Source of the DNA: an uncultured Bacteriovoracaceae bacterium
GTDB lineage: Bacteria; Bdellovibrionota; Bacteriovoracia; Bacteriovoracales; Bacteriovoracaceae
DNA: 64,000 nucleotides
Reading direction: 5' to 3'
NCBI GenBank assembly: GCA_964012805.1
Contig: CAXGUD010000009.1
Span: 32,001-96,000 of the forward strand
In this document: positions 39,965 to 50,490 of the stretch, in pieces
Numbering within the stretch: the stretch's first letter is position 1
Layout: every line of letters starts with the position of its first letter
Notes under the pieces: model-generated
The model's database searches: none
Told to the model about the DNA's origin: nothing
The model's input: only the letters and a program-made list of their open reading frames with translations
Position numbers and translations under genes: made by a program

Positions 39965-40642
39965 ATGGCCTTTTTTTGGAGAAGAAAGCATTCTTTAGGG
40001 AGTAATTACCGAGAGGAAATAGTTACTGCAGCACGAAGGCTTTACGACAAAAATATTCTTGCTGCTACTGACGGCAATATCAGCTCAAAAGAAAAAGACT
40101 CCCAAATACTTATAACCCCTTCAGGAAAACAAAAAGCTTTTTTGCGTCCAGAAGAAATTATTCTCTACAATATGAAGGATAAAAACCCTAAGCAAAAAGT
40201 CTCAAGTGAGCTTGCTATGCACCTCCAAATATATAAGAGTTGTCCTAAAGCATCTTTTGTCATACATGCTCATCCTCCTTCGGCCATAGCCTGGACTATT
40301 GCCTTCCCAAAGCTAAAAAACCTACCCTACGATATTCTTCCAGAACTTATTCTCGCTGTTGGTAGCATCCCTTTTGTTCCCTACGCACGTCCCGGAACAG
40401 AAGATATGGCAAAAAATATAATTCCCTACCTACCTCAGCATAAAGCACTTATTTTAACGAGGCATGGAGCCCTTAGCTGGGGAGAAACAATGGAGGAAGC
40501 CATTAATGGTATGGAAAGAATTGAGCATACCGCCCATATCCTTATGATGGCCAAAAAGCTCAGGGGATTGACAACTCTTCCGCAAGATGAAATTCAATAT
40601 CTTCAGGAAAAAAGAAAGCAAATCGGAGATATTAATTTATGA
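39965..40642 (+). CDS. Class II aldolase/adducin family protein (FucA/Ald2-like)
   Basis: DGNIS, ITPSG, SSELAMH, IHAHP, RHG; ATGA overlap with mtnA. Confidence 0.88.
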   Translation: MAFFWRRKHSLGSNYREEIVTAARRLYDKNILAATDGNISSKEKDSQILITPSGKQKAFLRPEEIILYNMKDKNPKQKVSSELAMHLQIYKSCPKASFVIHAHPPSAIAWTIAFPKLKNLPYDILPELILAVGSIPFVPYARPGTEDMAKNIIPYLPQHKALILTRHGALSWGETMEEAINGMERIEHTAHILMMAKKLRGLTTLPQDEIQYLQEKRKQIGDINL

Positions 40643-41658
40643 AAGACCTCGAATCTATGTCACTCAAAGTTGAAAATGGAAAGTTATTTGTTCTTGACCA
40701 GCAAATGCTCCCTCATCAAGAAGACTGGATCGAATCCAAAACACCTGAAGAAATGTCTAAAATTATTCTTGACTTAAAAACTAGAGGTGCTCCTCTCATA
40801 GGAGTCTCAGCTGTTTTAAGCTTGGCCCTTTATGCAGAAAAAGAACCTCATCCTGAAAAAATCATGGCCAAAGCTGAACTCCTAAGAAGCTCAAGACCAA
40901 CTGCTGTAAACCTCATGAATGCGATTGATAGGGTCCTCGAGGTAGGACAAAAGACTCAATGGGATACTCTAGAAATTACGAAGGAAGCTGAAAATATTTT
41001 TGAAGAAGATGTCGAACTTTGCGAGAAAATGGCCTCGATTGGATCTCAACTTATAAAGCCTAATGAAAACGTCCTCACTCATTGCAATACTGGAGGCTTG
41101 GCAACGGTTGGGAGAGGCACAGCTCTAGGAGTTATTTCTAAAGCTTACGAAAACCAAAAAGGAATTCACGTCTATGTAGACGAAACAAGGCCTCTCCTCC
41201 AAGGTGGAAGGTTAACAACTTGGGAACTTGAATCTCTAGGTATTCCCTACACTCTTATTTGTGACAATATGGCAGGACAACTCATGAGCGTGGGTAAGAT
41301 AGATAGAATTTTTGTTGGCGCAGATAGAATTGCTGCAAACGGCGACTTTGCCAACAAAATAGGAACTTACTCCCTTGCAGTTAATGCAAAATTCCACAAA
41401 GTTCCCTTCTACGTGGTGGCCCCCTTCACAACATTCGACAAAAATTGCCCTAATGGCAAAGAAATCCCTATTGAACAAAGGGAGCCAGATGAAGTGAGGG
41501 GCGTAAAAGGAAGTTTTGGCAAAGTTGTTTGGAGTCCCAAAAATGCAGAAACTTATAACCCGGCCTTTGATGTAACCCCGGAAAGCCTGGTGTCGGGATA
41601 TGTCTTAGATAAAGGGCTCTTTAAAGCAAGTGAACTTTCTAAAGCTTTCGAAAATTAG
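40639..41658 (+). CDS. mtnA: S-methyl-5-thioribose-1-phosphate isomerase
   Basis: RGAPLIG, RPTAVNL, LTHCNTGGLAT, DETRPLLQG, GADRIAANGDFANKIGTY, NPAFDVTP. Confidence 0.96.
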   Translation: MKDLESMSLKVENGKLFVLDQQMLPHQEDWIESKTPEEMSKIILDLKTRGAPLIGVSAVLSLALYAEKEPHPEKIMAKAELLRSSRPTAVNLMNAIDRVLEVGQKTQWDTLEITKEAENIFEEDVELCEKMASIGSQLIKPNENVLTHCNTGGLATVGRGTALGVISKAYENQKGIHVYVDETRPLLQGGRLTTWELESLGIPYTLICDNMAGQLMSVGKIDRIFVGADRIAANGDFANKIGTYSLAVNAKFHKVPFYVVAPFTTFDKNCPNGKEIPIEQREPDEVRGVKGSFGKVVWSPKNAETYNPAFDVTPESLVSGYVLDKGLFKASELSKAFEN

Positions 41659-41698
41659 TTTTTAAGATTAATTTTTAAGGTTGACCTTAAAAAGGACC

Positions 41699-42472
41699 TT
41701 AAAAGATAAGGTCCTGCTTCCTCATCCAGCCCTTTTTATTTTTATCAACCTCTATTCTAACCCAGCCTTTTTCGCTTTGATCCTGTAAGTTAACCTCAGC
41801 TCCTTCATGTAGAACAAACAATTTCACATTATCCTTACCAATTCCTGAAAACACAGAAGCCTTCGAAACCTTTACAACCCCAAAATCTCTTTCCCAAAAA
41901 GCATTATTCAAAAAGGGTATAGCGAATAACAAAACAAAAAAGAAAGATAAATTTCGCACCCATTTAAAAGACTCATATTTAAACAACAATTGGAGAAGAG
42001 AGCCAACCCAAAAGAGCACCCAAAAGCCTATTAATAAAGTTGCCGTTTCTTTTTTGTTAAGAGGAAAAAGGCCTCTTGGATCAAGAAAGGGTTTTGATTC
42101 AACTTTATCCTTGGTTTTCGATCTCAAATACTCAAGATTGTATTTAACATCTCCATCTCGCGGAAGAACCTCACTAGATTTCTTGAAATGAAATAAAGCT
42201 TTCCCTAGCTCTCCTGCCCTAAAGTAAGCATTGCCTAAATTGAAGTGGACCTCTCCCCAAATTCTCTCATCAGACTCAAGGAGGCTTTTATACTCCTTAA
42301 TCGCATCACTATATCGACCTTCATAGTAAAATTTATTGGCCTTTAAAAAATCCCCTCGGACTTTTCGAGCTTCACCGTGAGATTCACTTATCACTGAAAA
42401 AAGAATAAAAAATGAAAAAATAACTGAGGTAAAAGTGATTCTTCCTTTATTATTCATCATTAATCTGTTCAT
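41699..42472 (-). CDS. batE: BatE-like TPR + SH3b protein
   Basis: TPR HFNLGNAYFR, two TMs, LHEG...GWM; operon position. Confidence 0.85.
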   Translation of the reverse strand: MNRLMMNNKGRITFTSVIFSFFILFSVISESHGEARKVRGDFLKANKFYYEGRYSDAIKEYKSLLESDERIWGEVHFNLGNAYFRAGELGKALFHFKKSSEVLPRDGDVKYNLEYLRSKTKDKVESKPFLDPRGLFPLNKKETATLLIGFWVLFWVGSLLQLLFKYESFKWVRNLSFFFVLLFAIPFLNNAFWERDFGVVKVSKASVFSGIGKDNVKLFVLHEGAEVNLQDQSEKGWVRIEVDKNKKGWMRKQDLIF

Positions 42473-44361
42473 CTTAATTCCTTTTCCATACTCTTTACTA
42501 TATTTTTCATTTTAGTCATCATTTCTCTTGGGCCTTTTTTAGCTTGCCCTCCATATTGAGCACTTTCAAAATCCTGTAGAAGATTCTTTATTTCTTTTAA
42601 AGTTTCAGGGCCTAATTGATGAGGACTTAAAACCCTATCTAAATCAAGAGGAGTTAAGGCCTTGCCATCAACATTAACTTTATCACCAATATAATCCTTA
42701 AAGACACTAGAAGCTTGTGTTAAAAAATTATTTCCTTCGCCCACACTTTTAAGCCCTTTATTAAATTTCTTTAAAGCCTGTTCCTGCCTTCTTAAGGCGT
42801 CATTGCCTTTAAGCCGTTCCTTCTTTTTTTGCCAAATAAAGCAGGCAACGAAAAGAAGAGGAGGCATAAAAAAAAGAACCCAAAAGATACTTTTTTCATT
42901 TAGCGAGAGACTGCCCAAAGTTTTCTCAACCTTCCTCTTTATGGGCATGAGGTCCTTTCCTTCAACCTTTATCTTTTTTTTCAATTTGGTTTGCGGTAAA
43001 CCTGGAGAGACAAGATTAACTTTTTCTTCATCACCAGACTCTGCCTTTAAAATTTTAACCATAATAGGCCTAGTTGAGGTGGCCTTATAGACTCCACTCA
43101 AGGGATCAAAATAGCTTAAGTTAAAAGCAGGTATCTGTTTCTCCCCTATATCTTGAGGAACCAATGCCATTTTAAAAACACGTTTTCCAAAGACGCCCTT
43201 TTTACTTCTTTGAATTTTTAAAACTGGTTTATCTTTATAAATTTTGAAACCAGTAATTTCTTTTTCATCTAATTTTGCATCAAAGACATTCCCACTTCCC
43301 TGAACAGTCAAAGTAAGAGTTGTCGATTCACCTTGCCTAAGAGAGTCTTTATCAACCCTAGAAATGACCTTGAAATCACCAATAAGACCACTAAAGTTTT
43401 TAGGTTTTCCCTCTTGTGGCAAAGGCTTCGCTTCAATTTCTAAATCTTTAGTCCTAAGGCTTACCCTTTTCCTCCGGCCAAAACCTCCCCCGAAGAAAGG
43501 ATCATCAAACATATCAAAAAGGGAACCTGAACCACGCCCTCTTCCAGAACCATCCCTTATGTAAATATCCCCCAAAAAGGTCGATCCAGGAACTGTCACT
43601 TTTCCAGGCTTCGTAGGGAAAAGGGCATAATTGACTTCATACACTTTCCACTCTTTCCCTTTCACAACTTTTCTATACGACCTTCCCTCACCAAGCTCTT
43701 CCTTCCAAAAATCCTTAAATTTAGGCAAACTTATTTTAGGGTTGCTTATTTCAACACGATAATAAAGCCTAAATGTATAGATGATTTGCTCTCCAACAAA
43801 AGGGTCCTTTTTATTAACAAAGCCTTCTATCAAAAAGTTTTTATCTCTTTTCTCCTTAGCAGGCCCCTTGTGGTCATCAACGCTAGAACTTCCTTTTCCC
43901 TGATTAGGGTTTGAGTTAACAGAAGCTCCGTCTGCAAGCACTTCTAAATTAAGAACGTCACTTTTATATTCTTTTCCATCAATAACAGCGACCACAGGAC
44001 CAACTGTAAAGGATCCTTCTTTTTTAGAATAGAGAGAGTAGTTTATCGTTTTGCTGGTACTAGCTTTACCATTAATTATCTGTACTGATGTTGAAGTTCC
44101 TCTATTGGAAAGAGAAAACTTATCAGCATTTTCAATCCGAAGGGAATCAATACTCTGGGATCCATCAACACGAATCTGAATAGAAAATTCCTCACCTAAA
44201 GAAATAGGGTTTTCATCAACAGTCAACCCAACCTCTATCGCTCCAACCAAAGAGGTCTTCGTCCCCAAAAAAAAGATCAGGAAAACCCAGAGGATTGAGA
44301 AGCTTTTCAAGATAGAAGCTTTGCTCGTCCCGCTTTTCAATTCTTTACCAATCTTTTTCAA
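42469..44361 (-). CDS. batD: BatD family protein
   Basis: STSVQIING, repeated Ig-like units, C-terminal TM; operon position. Confidence 0.9.
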   Translation of the reverse strand: MKKIGKELKSGTSKASILKSFSILWVFLIFFLGTKTSLVGAIEVGLTVDENPISLGEEFSIQIRVDGSQSIDSLRIENADKFSLSNRGTSTSVQIINGKASTSKTINYSLYSKKEGSFTVGPVVAVIDGKEYKSDVLNLEVLADGASVNSNPNQGKGSSSVDDHKGPAKEKRDKNFLIEGFVNKKDPFVGEQIIYTFRLYYRVEISNPKISLPKFKDFWKEELGEGRSYRKVVKGKEWKVYEVNYALFPTKPGKVTVPGSTFLGDIYIRDGSGRGRGSGSLFDMFDDPFFGGGFGRRKRVSLRTKDLEIEAKPLPQEGKPKNFSGLIGDFKVISRVDKDSLRQGESTTLTLTVQGSGNVFDAKLDEKEITGFKIYKDKPVLKIQRSKKGVFGKRVFKMALVPQDIGEKQIPAFNLSYFDPLSGVYKATSTRPIMVKILKAESGDEEKVNLVSPGLPQTKLKKKIKVEGKDLMPIKRKVEKTLGSLSLNEKSIFWVLFFMPPLLFVACFIWQKKKERLKGNDALRRQEQALKKFNKGLKSVGEGNNFLTQASSVFKDYIGDKVNVDGKALTPLDLDRVLSPHQLGPETLKEIKNLLQDFESAQYGGQAKKGPREMMTKMKNIVKSMEKELR

Positions 44362-46276
44362 CTTGATAACTCCTTCTTCCCCGCATTTTGCGTTTTAAGT
44401 ATTTTTTTCGTTCATCACTCAAAGAGTTTAGCCACCTTAATGCTTCTGCTTCACTCATTTTTTTACCCTGAGCTCCCTGTTTTGCTTTGGAAGCCTGATT
44501 TTGAATTGAAGAAGCCTGACTCTTCACCTGATCTTCTTTCTTTTTTTCTTTGTCACCTTTTTCTTCACTTTTAGAAGTTTTGGCTATACTTTCAGGCTTT
44601 TTCTCCTTACCTTCCTTACTTTTATTTCCTTCTTTTCCCTGCTCATTTTTGGAAATATTATTTTGATCATCTTTATTGGCCTTGTTTTGGTCACCTGTTT
44701 GTTGATTGTCAGCTTGTTTTCGTCCTTCCTGACCTTGTTGGTTTTTTTGATCCTTTTGACCTTTTTGACCTTTTTGACCCTTTTGATTTTTTTGACCTTT
44801 TTGACCCTTTTGATTTTTATTACTGGCCTGTCTTTTTCTTTCCTCTTCAATTCTTCTTTTAATTTCTTTTCTGACAAAGTCTAGATTATGCTTGGCATCT
44901 TTATCATTAGGATTTATCTCCAAAGTTTTTTTATAATATTTAACAGAGTCTTTAAGCCTTCCCATTTTATAAGCAGTATTACCAAGGTTATAATAGGATT
45001 TTGCACTTAAAGCCTTGTCCCCTTTTTTGGCCGTGGACTCGAAAAGTTTAAAGGCCTTATCATATTCCTTCATTTTATAATAAGAATTGCCCGTATTATA
45101 TTTTAATTCCAAATCTTTAGGTTCTTTTACTTGAGCCTCAAGGAAACTTTTTAAGGCCTTATTATATTTCTTATTTTGGTAATCATTTTCTCCAATTTGC
45201 CTCTGGGAGTCCCATGGAGCAGCTCTAGTAACCTGTATGGGTAAAGCTGAAAATAAGAGAAAGACCATCACGCCCAAAACGGTTTGCCCTCCTTTTCGTT
45301 CCTTCACAAAGACTTCTAGAATTAGAAGAAAAAGGGCCACAAGAAGAGGCCATTGGAACCTCTCCTCAAACCGTTTTCTTTTCCCACTCACAAGCTCCTT
45401 AGATTCAACTTTCTTTGTAATGTCATTATAAATTTTTTCTAAATCCAAGTCGCCCGTTATGGAACGGACATAACTTCCTCCTGTATCTAAAGCTATTTTT
45501 TGAAGAGTCGTCTCATCTAATTGGGTCGTTACAACATTACCACGAGAATCTTTTTTAAAGCCTCCCCTTTTTCTGTCGGGAATAGGTGCTCCTTCTTCTT
45601 TACCAATACCTATCGTATAAATCTTAATCCCTTCTTCATGTGCCTCCTTGGCCATTTTCAATGGTTCTCCGCTATGATCCTCTCCATCGGTAATAAGTAT
45701 AAGGACTCGCGACTTCTTATTTTGAGAGTCAAAAGCGCTAATAGATTTTTTTATAGCATCCCCAATAGCGGTTCCAGGTACTGGGATTAGGTCCGTATCC
45801 AGTTCATCCAAGAAAATTCTTACAGCGCCGTAGTCAAGAGTAAGAGGGCTTTGAAGAAAGCTGGTCCCTGAAAAGGCAACCAACCCAACTCTATCTCCTT
45901 GCATCATATTAAGGAGGTCAATAATTTCACGCTTGGCCCTCTCTAAGCGATTTGGAGAAACGTCTTCGGCCAGCATACTTTCACTAACATCGAGGGCCAG
46001 AATAATATCAACACCTCTCCGGTTCACTTCCTCCCATTGAAAACCCCATTTGGGCCTTATCAAGGCAAGGATGCAAAAAAAGAAAGCAAAAATGATAAGG
46101 AATGCTTTGACCTTCTGCCTTTTAGCAGAGAACCCTCTAAGTAACTTGTCCTTTAAATCCTCACTAACAAAAAGCTCTAAAAGTCTTTTTTTCTTCTTAA
46201 ATGCCCAAATATAAAACAAAACAAGTAAGGGAATGATGATTAAACACCACAAATATTGAAGATTCGCAAACTTCAA
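44345..46276 (-). CDS. batB: BatB (VWA)-BatC (TPR) fusion
   Basis: DVSESM MIDAS, SPLTLD, ITDGED, EERFQWPL, then TPRs (YNLGNTAYK), Q/K-rich linker and C-terminal EKDW. Confidence 0.88.
   Translation of the reverse strand: MKFANLQYLWCLIIIPLLVLFYIWAFKKKKRLLELFVSEDLKDKLLRGFSAKRQKVKAFLIIFAFFFCILALIRPKWGFQWEEVNRRGVDIILALDVSESMLAEDVSPNRLERAKREIIDLLNMMQGDRVGLVAFSGTSFLQSPLTLDYGAVRIFLDELDTDLIPVPGTAIGDAIKKSISAFDSQNKKSRVLILITDGEDHSGEPLKMAKEAHEEGIKIYTIGIGKEEGAPIPDRKRGGFKKDSRGNVVTTQLDETTLQKIALDTGGSYVRSITGDLDLEKIYNDITKKVESKELVSGKRKRFEERFQWPLLVALFLLILEVFVKERKGGQTVLGVMVFLLFSALPIQVTRAAPWDSQRQIGENDYQNKKYNKALKSFLEAQVKEPKDLELKYNTGNSYYKMKEYDKAFKLFESTAKKGDKALSAKSYYNLGNTAYKMGRLKDSVKYYKKTLEINPNDKDAKHNLDFVRKEIKRRIEEERKRQASNKNQKGQKGQKNQKGQKGQKGQKDQKNQQGQEGRKQADNQQTGDQNKANKDDQNNISKNEQGKEGNKSKEGKEKKPESIAKTSKSEEKGDKEKKKEDQVKSQASSIQNQASKAKQGAQGKKMSEAEALRWLNSLSDERKKYLKRKMRGRRSYQVEKDW
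44729..44815. repeat. Imperfect 9-bp tandem repeat encoding QKG/QKN/QKD units
   Basis: About nine to ten copies of an ACCTTTTTG-like unit; protein NQKGQKGQKNQKGQKGQKGQKDQKNQQG. Confidence 0.85.
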
Positions 46277-46300
46277 GGGGTTTCTCCTCGTTCTTTTTTT

Positions 46301-47290
46301 TTAAGGAATTCTTCTCAACTTTGTTTGCCCTAAAAATATTTCCAAGAGTAAAATAAAGAGTCCTGGAATTAAAAAGTGGGCGAACATTTCATTGTATTCT
46401 GTGTATTTTTTGACCTCAATTTTAGTTTTTTCTAACTTATCAATTAGGCTGTAAATATTTTTAAGTTCGTCAGTGTTAGTAGCTCTAAAGTACCTTGCTC
46501 CAGTCTCAGAGGCGACTTGTTTAAGAGTTGATTCATCTAAGTCCACTTTTTGGTAAATATAGCGTTTTCCAAAAAGAGTATCTGCTAAAAAAGGTGCCTT
46601 CCCCTGGGTCCCAACACCGATGGTATAAACTTTAACTCCGTAATGATCGGCAAGTTTAGAAGCCTGTAAGGGGCTCAAACGCCCAGCAGTATTTCTTCCA
46701 TCAGTGAGAGCAATCATTATTTTTGACTTGGACTTTAGGTCCTTCATCCGGTTTACGCCAATACCAATGGCCTGTCCCAAAGCCGTGGCTGATCCGGCCA
46801 TACCTATTTTTATGTTGTCAAGAAAGTCCATGACAATACCGTGGTCAAGAGTCAATGGACATTGTGTGAAAGCTTCCTCACCAAAAACAACGAGCCCAAT
46901 TCTGTCATTGGGTCTCTTTTTAATAAAGTCTCTTACCACCTCTTTAACGACTCTCAAACGGTTAACTCTCTTTCCTTCTCTCTTAAAATCTAAGGCCTGC
47001 ATACTTTCGGAAGTATCGAGAACAAGTAATATGTCGACGCCTTCTGAATTCGTTTTTGTAAACTGCCTTCCTGACTGTGGTCTAGCAAGTGCTACAACAA
47101 GAAGAATAATGGCCAGAGACCGTAGAATAAGAAGAATTAATTTGGGATTATTTCTCGCTCTCATATTCATTGATTTCAGGAGGTCAATACTTGAAAAGCG
47201 AATCTTTCCTCCACTTTTTTGCCCCCAAATAAAAATAGGGACAATAACTAAAAACAAGCATAAAAACCATGGGTAAGCCAGACGGATCAT
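46301..47290 (-). CDS. batA: BatA VWA-domain protein
   Basis: ALARPQ, DTSESM, RPNDRIGLVVF, TQCPLTLDH, LTDG, YTIGVG, IDKLEK. Confidence 0.92.
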   Translation of the reverse strand: MIRLAYPWFLCLFLVIVPIFIWGQKSGGKIRFSSIDLLKSMNMRARNNPKLILLILRSLAIILLVVALARPQSGRQFTKTNSEGVDILLVLDTSESMQALDFKREGKRVNRLRVVKEVVRDFIKKRPNDRIGLVVFGEEAFTQCPLTLDHGIVMDFLDNIKIGMAGSATALGQAIGIGVNRMKDLKSKSKIMIALTDGRNTAGRLSPLQASKLADHYGVKVYTIGVGTQGKAPFLADTLFGKRYIYQKVDLDESTLKQVASETGARYFRATNTDELKNIYSLIDKLEKTKIEVKKYTEYNEMFAHFLIPGLFILLLEIFLGQTKLRRIP

Positions 47291-48351
47291 AAAACTGAAT
47301 CCTCCTCATTTTCATTATCAACTTTTTTAGGCATTGTTTCCAAAACGAATTTTTTTGCGTCTTGCAAAATACCTTCTCCTTCTTCTTCACTTTTTTCGAT
47401 ATTGGCAAATTTAACAAGGTCAGCCTCTTTCAATATTCCTAAAAAGGCCCTTTGCTGAGAAGGCCCAACCGAATTTAAAAGATCAATATCTCTTTTTATT
47501 TCTTCTTGTGTCCGCTCTTTGGCTGGAAATTTATAACTATCCTCAACATAAGAGCGCACAATATCTGAAAGGGAAAAATAAAAACTTTTCCTCTTAGAAT
47601 AGTCTGACAGACAAGAAATACCTTTTTTTAAATTTTCCAATTCTAAAAGGGCCTTTTCATGAGGAGGCGGGAGAGGTATTGCATCTCTTTGCCTTCCCTT
47701 TCTCTTATTAAAAAAGTAAATCAAGAACCCAAAAACACCAAGCACCAATAACGCTCCAACAAAATATGTAAGGGTTTTAGATGGAGCAATAGTCAGAGGC
47801 TTAATATCCCTTAATCCACTTTCTTTTCCCTTAAAACCTCCTAACTCACTCTGCTTATTTGTTCCTTTAGACGTTTTTGAAACTTCATTTTTCACTTCAA
47901 CAAAAATTTCCGGTGAACTTAAAATGATGTCCTTTCCTGCCTTATTTTTAAGAGACAATTTCAAAGAAGGTAAAATGTAAGAACCAGTGAGGTCTGCTTC
48001 TAACTTATACCACCTCTCAAAAACCCACTCTCCATCTTCTTTAACTGGCCCTTCTTTACCAAAGTCAACAATCCTAAAACCTTGAATTTTGTCACCACTT
48101 TCAGGCAGATAGAGAGGTCCCTCTTTGAGCGAAGAAAAAGCCCGAAGACGAAACGTAAGGGTTTCACCTGGACTTAAAATGGCCTTATCAACCTCTGCCT
48201 TCAAAAAGCTTGTCCTCTTACCTTCATCTGCCAATACGTTTTGAAATAAGGTCAAGTAACTAAAAAAGAGGGTCAAAAAAATTAACAAAGAAGAATGAGC
48301 CTCTTTCAAAAAATCAATGGACCTAGTTCGTGTTTGAGTTCTCATTTCCAC
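47287..48351 (-). CDS. Bat-operon membrane protein (Ig-like domain + DUF4381-like region)
   Basis: LRDIKP before a TM helix, PPPHEKALLEL, ADLVKFA. Confidence 0.75.
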   Translation of the reverse strand: MEMRTQTRTRSIDFLKEAHSSLLIFLTLFFSYLTLFQNVLADEGKRTSFLKAEVDKAILSPGETLTFRLRAFSSLKEGPLYLPESGDKIQGFRIVDFGKEGPVKEDGEWVFERWYKLEADLTGSYILPSLKLSLKNKAGKDIILSSPEIFVEVKNEVSKTSKGTNKQSELGGFKGKESGLRDIKPLTIAPSKTLTYFVGALLVLGVFGFLIYFFNKRKGRQRDAIPLPPPHEKALLELENLKKGISCLSDYSKRKSFYFSLSDIVRSYVEDSYKFPAKERTQEEIKRDIDLLNSVGPSQQRAFLGILKEADLVKFANIEKSEEEGEGILQDAKKFVLETMPKKVDNENEEDSVL

Positions 48352-49586
48352 CTTTCGACAAAAAGCTGTACATTTTCGTTCTTGAATGACTCTTGAACAA
48401 GTTTCTTATAGAGGCCTTGGCCCTTTTCTATTTTATAACTCTGCTCAACAACATTTTTAATATCATTGTATGCATATTGTTGGGGAAGCGTTTTTTCCGC
48501 TACAATATACATTTTATAAGTACCGGAGGTTAAAAAAGGTCCGCTCCATTCGCCCTTATTTTTTTTAAAAAGACCTTTAATTTGAGAAGGATTTAACTTT
48601 AAATTAGGTGAAGCCAAACCCTTAGTCAGCGTAATTTCCTTTTCAACAGAAGCCGAAGGTAACATTTTTTTGACTTCATTTATAAGGTTTGTGACTTTTT
48701 TATTTCTTTTTAGGAAAGCTTTTAACTTTTTTGATTGATCTTTTCCTTTAAATTCAATCTTGGTAAGGTTTAAAGTTTCCTTTTGAGAAAATTTCTCCCT
48801 ATTTGCTTTGAAATAATTTTTAAGGTCGACTTCATCAACTTTGATCTTTCTTTCTACTTCGTTTTTAAGTAGTTTTTCAACCAGCAACTGTTTTGTAACG
48901 TTTTCAAGTTTCTTAATGAAAGATGGATCCTTTTCCAGCCCCAGTCTTTTCGATTTTTGCCATAGGATTTGATTAATGACATACTTTTGAAGTAGTTCCT
49001 GTTTAACCTTATTGGACTTTAAATTTTCCTGTCCTTTGCCAAATGCATGAAAAGAATCTACGTATTCGTTTAACTGATAATCATAAATGTTTTGCTCTCC
49101 CACTTTAGCTACAATGGCAGCACCTTTTCTTTTAGTTGCATCCTTATCCGTGGAAAGTGTGGTTTTATCTTTAATAAAGGCTTTAGCAGCACCAAACTTT
49201 TTAAGTTTTTCCAAGAGGGCCACTATCCTCTTGTTAGCTTCCGTTATGTAAGTCGATTTAGGATCCAAAAGCTCTACTTTATAAAACCAGGAGATGGCCT
49301 TTTCCAAATGTCCTTCTTCTTCATACAATTCACCAAGTGAATAAGACATTTTTGCTTTTACTTTCGCATCAACTTTCCCTTTCTCAAGGTATTTCTCGTA
49401 CTCTCTGGCAGCTTGATTCAAAAGCCCAGCAGCATGTAGTTTTGATGCAGCATCTTTAAGAACAGTGACCTCTCCTTGATCAGAGTTTTTTCCACTTTCA
49501 AAGTTTTGAAAAACTAAAATACCAAGAAGCCCCCCCAATATACATTGACTAAAAAAAAGAACCATAAACCTTGTATCTTTTTTCAT
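48342..49586 (-). CDS. TPR + SurA/PpiC-like (degenerate parvulin) chaperone
   Basis: N-terminal TM and TPRs; IVAKVG...KRLGLEKDP...LKNYFKANREKF...WSGPF; the usual parvulin His motifs are not evident. Confidence 0.7.
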   Translation of the reverse strand: MKKDTRFMVLFFSQCILGGLLGILVFQNFESGKNSDQGEVTVLKDAASKLHAAGLLNQAAREYEKYLEKGKVDAKVKAKMSYSLGELYEEEGHLEKAISWFYKVELLDPKSTYITEANKRIVALLEKLKKFGAAKAFIKDKTTLSTDKDATKRKGAAIVAKVGEQNIYDYQLNEYVDSFHAFGKGQENLKSNKVKQELLQKYVINQILWQKSKRLGLEKDPSFIKKLENVTKQLLVEKLLKNEVERKIKVDEVDLKNYFKANREKFSQKETLNLTKIEFKGKDQSKKLKAFLKRNKKVTNLINEVKKMLPSASVEKEITLTKGLASPNLKLNPSQIKGLFKKNKGEWSGPFLTSGTYKMYIVAEKTLPQQYAYNDIKNVVEQSYKIEKGQGLYKKLVQESFKNENVQLFVERWK

Positions 49587-50476
49587 CTTTTCCTTTCCCT
49601 TTCTCTAAAGAACTTAATGAGAGTGTCAAAATAAGAACCGTCTGTTCTTACATCTAGAAAATCTATCCCATTTTTTTGGAAAAACCTTTTTTTCTCTCTT
49701 AAGGCAAGTTTTGCTTTTTTTGAAAATGATTGGACACCATTGAGATCACTAGTGTTAATTAAAAGAGATTCACCAGTCTCAGCATCCTCTAACTCAATAT
49801 AGCCGATATTGGGGATTTCTATCTCTCTAGGGTCAGTGACAGAAATGGCCACAAGGTCATGCTTTCTCGAAAAGCTCCTTAACTTGTTTTCAAATCCTTC
49901 CCCTTGAAAGTCTGAAATTAAAAACGTAATGGCCTTCTTTTTCATAACCTTGTTCATAAAGTCGATAGGAACTGAAATATCCGTTTTCTTGGCTTTAGAT
50001 TTAAAGGAAAGGATATCTCGAATGAGTGACCAAACATGCCCTCTTCCCTTCTTTGGAGGAATGTAATGCTCGACATGGTCAGAGAAAATAATGAGCCCAA
50101 CCTTATCATTACTTCTTAAAGCTGTGTAGGCCAGAAGGGCCGTAATTTCAGCAGAGACCTCATTTTTAAACTTTTTCTGAGTTCCAAAATGAGAAGAAGC
50201 TGAAACATCCACAAGAAAAAAAACGACAAGTTCTCTTTCATCCCTAAACGTTTTTATATAAGGTTTTTGGCTTCTTGCAGTTACATTCCAATCAATATTT
50301 CTTATGTCATCTCCAGGAACGTACTCTCGAACTTCCTCAAATTCCATACCACGGCCTTTAAAAACGCTTAGATACTCCCCTGCAAAAGCGTCGTTGACCA
50401 TGTACTTGGCCTTAAATTGTATCTTTTTTACTTTGGCCAATAACTCGTCATCAAAAAACTGTGTTGGTTCGTTCAT
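49583..50476 (-). CDS. DUF58 family protein
   Basis: GRGMEFEEVREYVPGDDIRNIDWNVTAR, DVSAS, ISDF. Confidence 0.95.
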   Translation of the reverse strand: MNEPTQFFDDELLAKVKKIQFKAKYMVNDAFAGEYLSVFKGRGMEFEEVREYVPGDDIRNIDWNVTARSQKPYIKTFRDERELVVFFLVDVSASSHFGTQKKFKNEVSAEITALLAYTALRSNDKVGLIIFSDHVEHYIPPKKGRGHVWSLIRDILSFKSKAKKTDISVPIDFMNKVMKKKAITFLISDFQGEGFENKLRSFSRKHDLVAISVTDPREIEIPNIGYIELEDAETGESLLINTSDLNGVQSFSKKAKLALREKKRFFQKNGIDFLDVRTDGSYFDTLIKFFRERERKR

Positions 50477-50490
50477 TTCATTTCCATGAT

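Noticed and set aside
44584..44884. Two alternative-frame ORFs with KKVK or FLT repeats
   Set aside because: By-products of the 9-bp tandem repeat in batB/C.
46704..47276. 190-aa plus-strand ORF
   Set aside because: Entirely antisense to batA with no motifs; shadow ORF.
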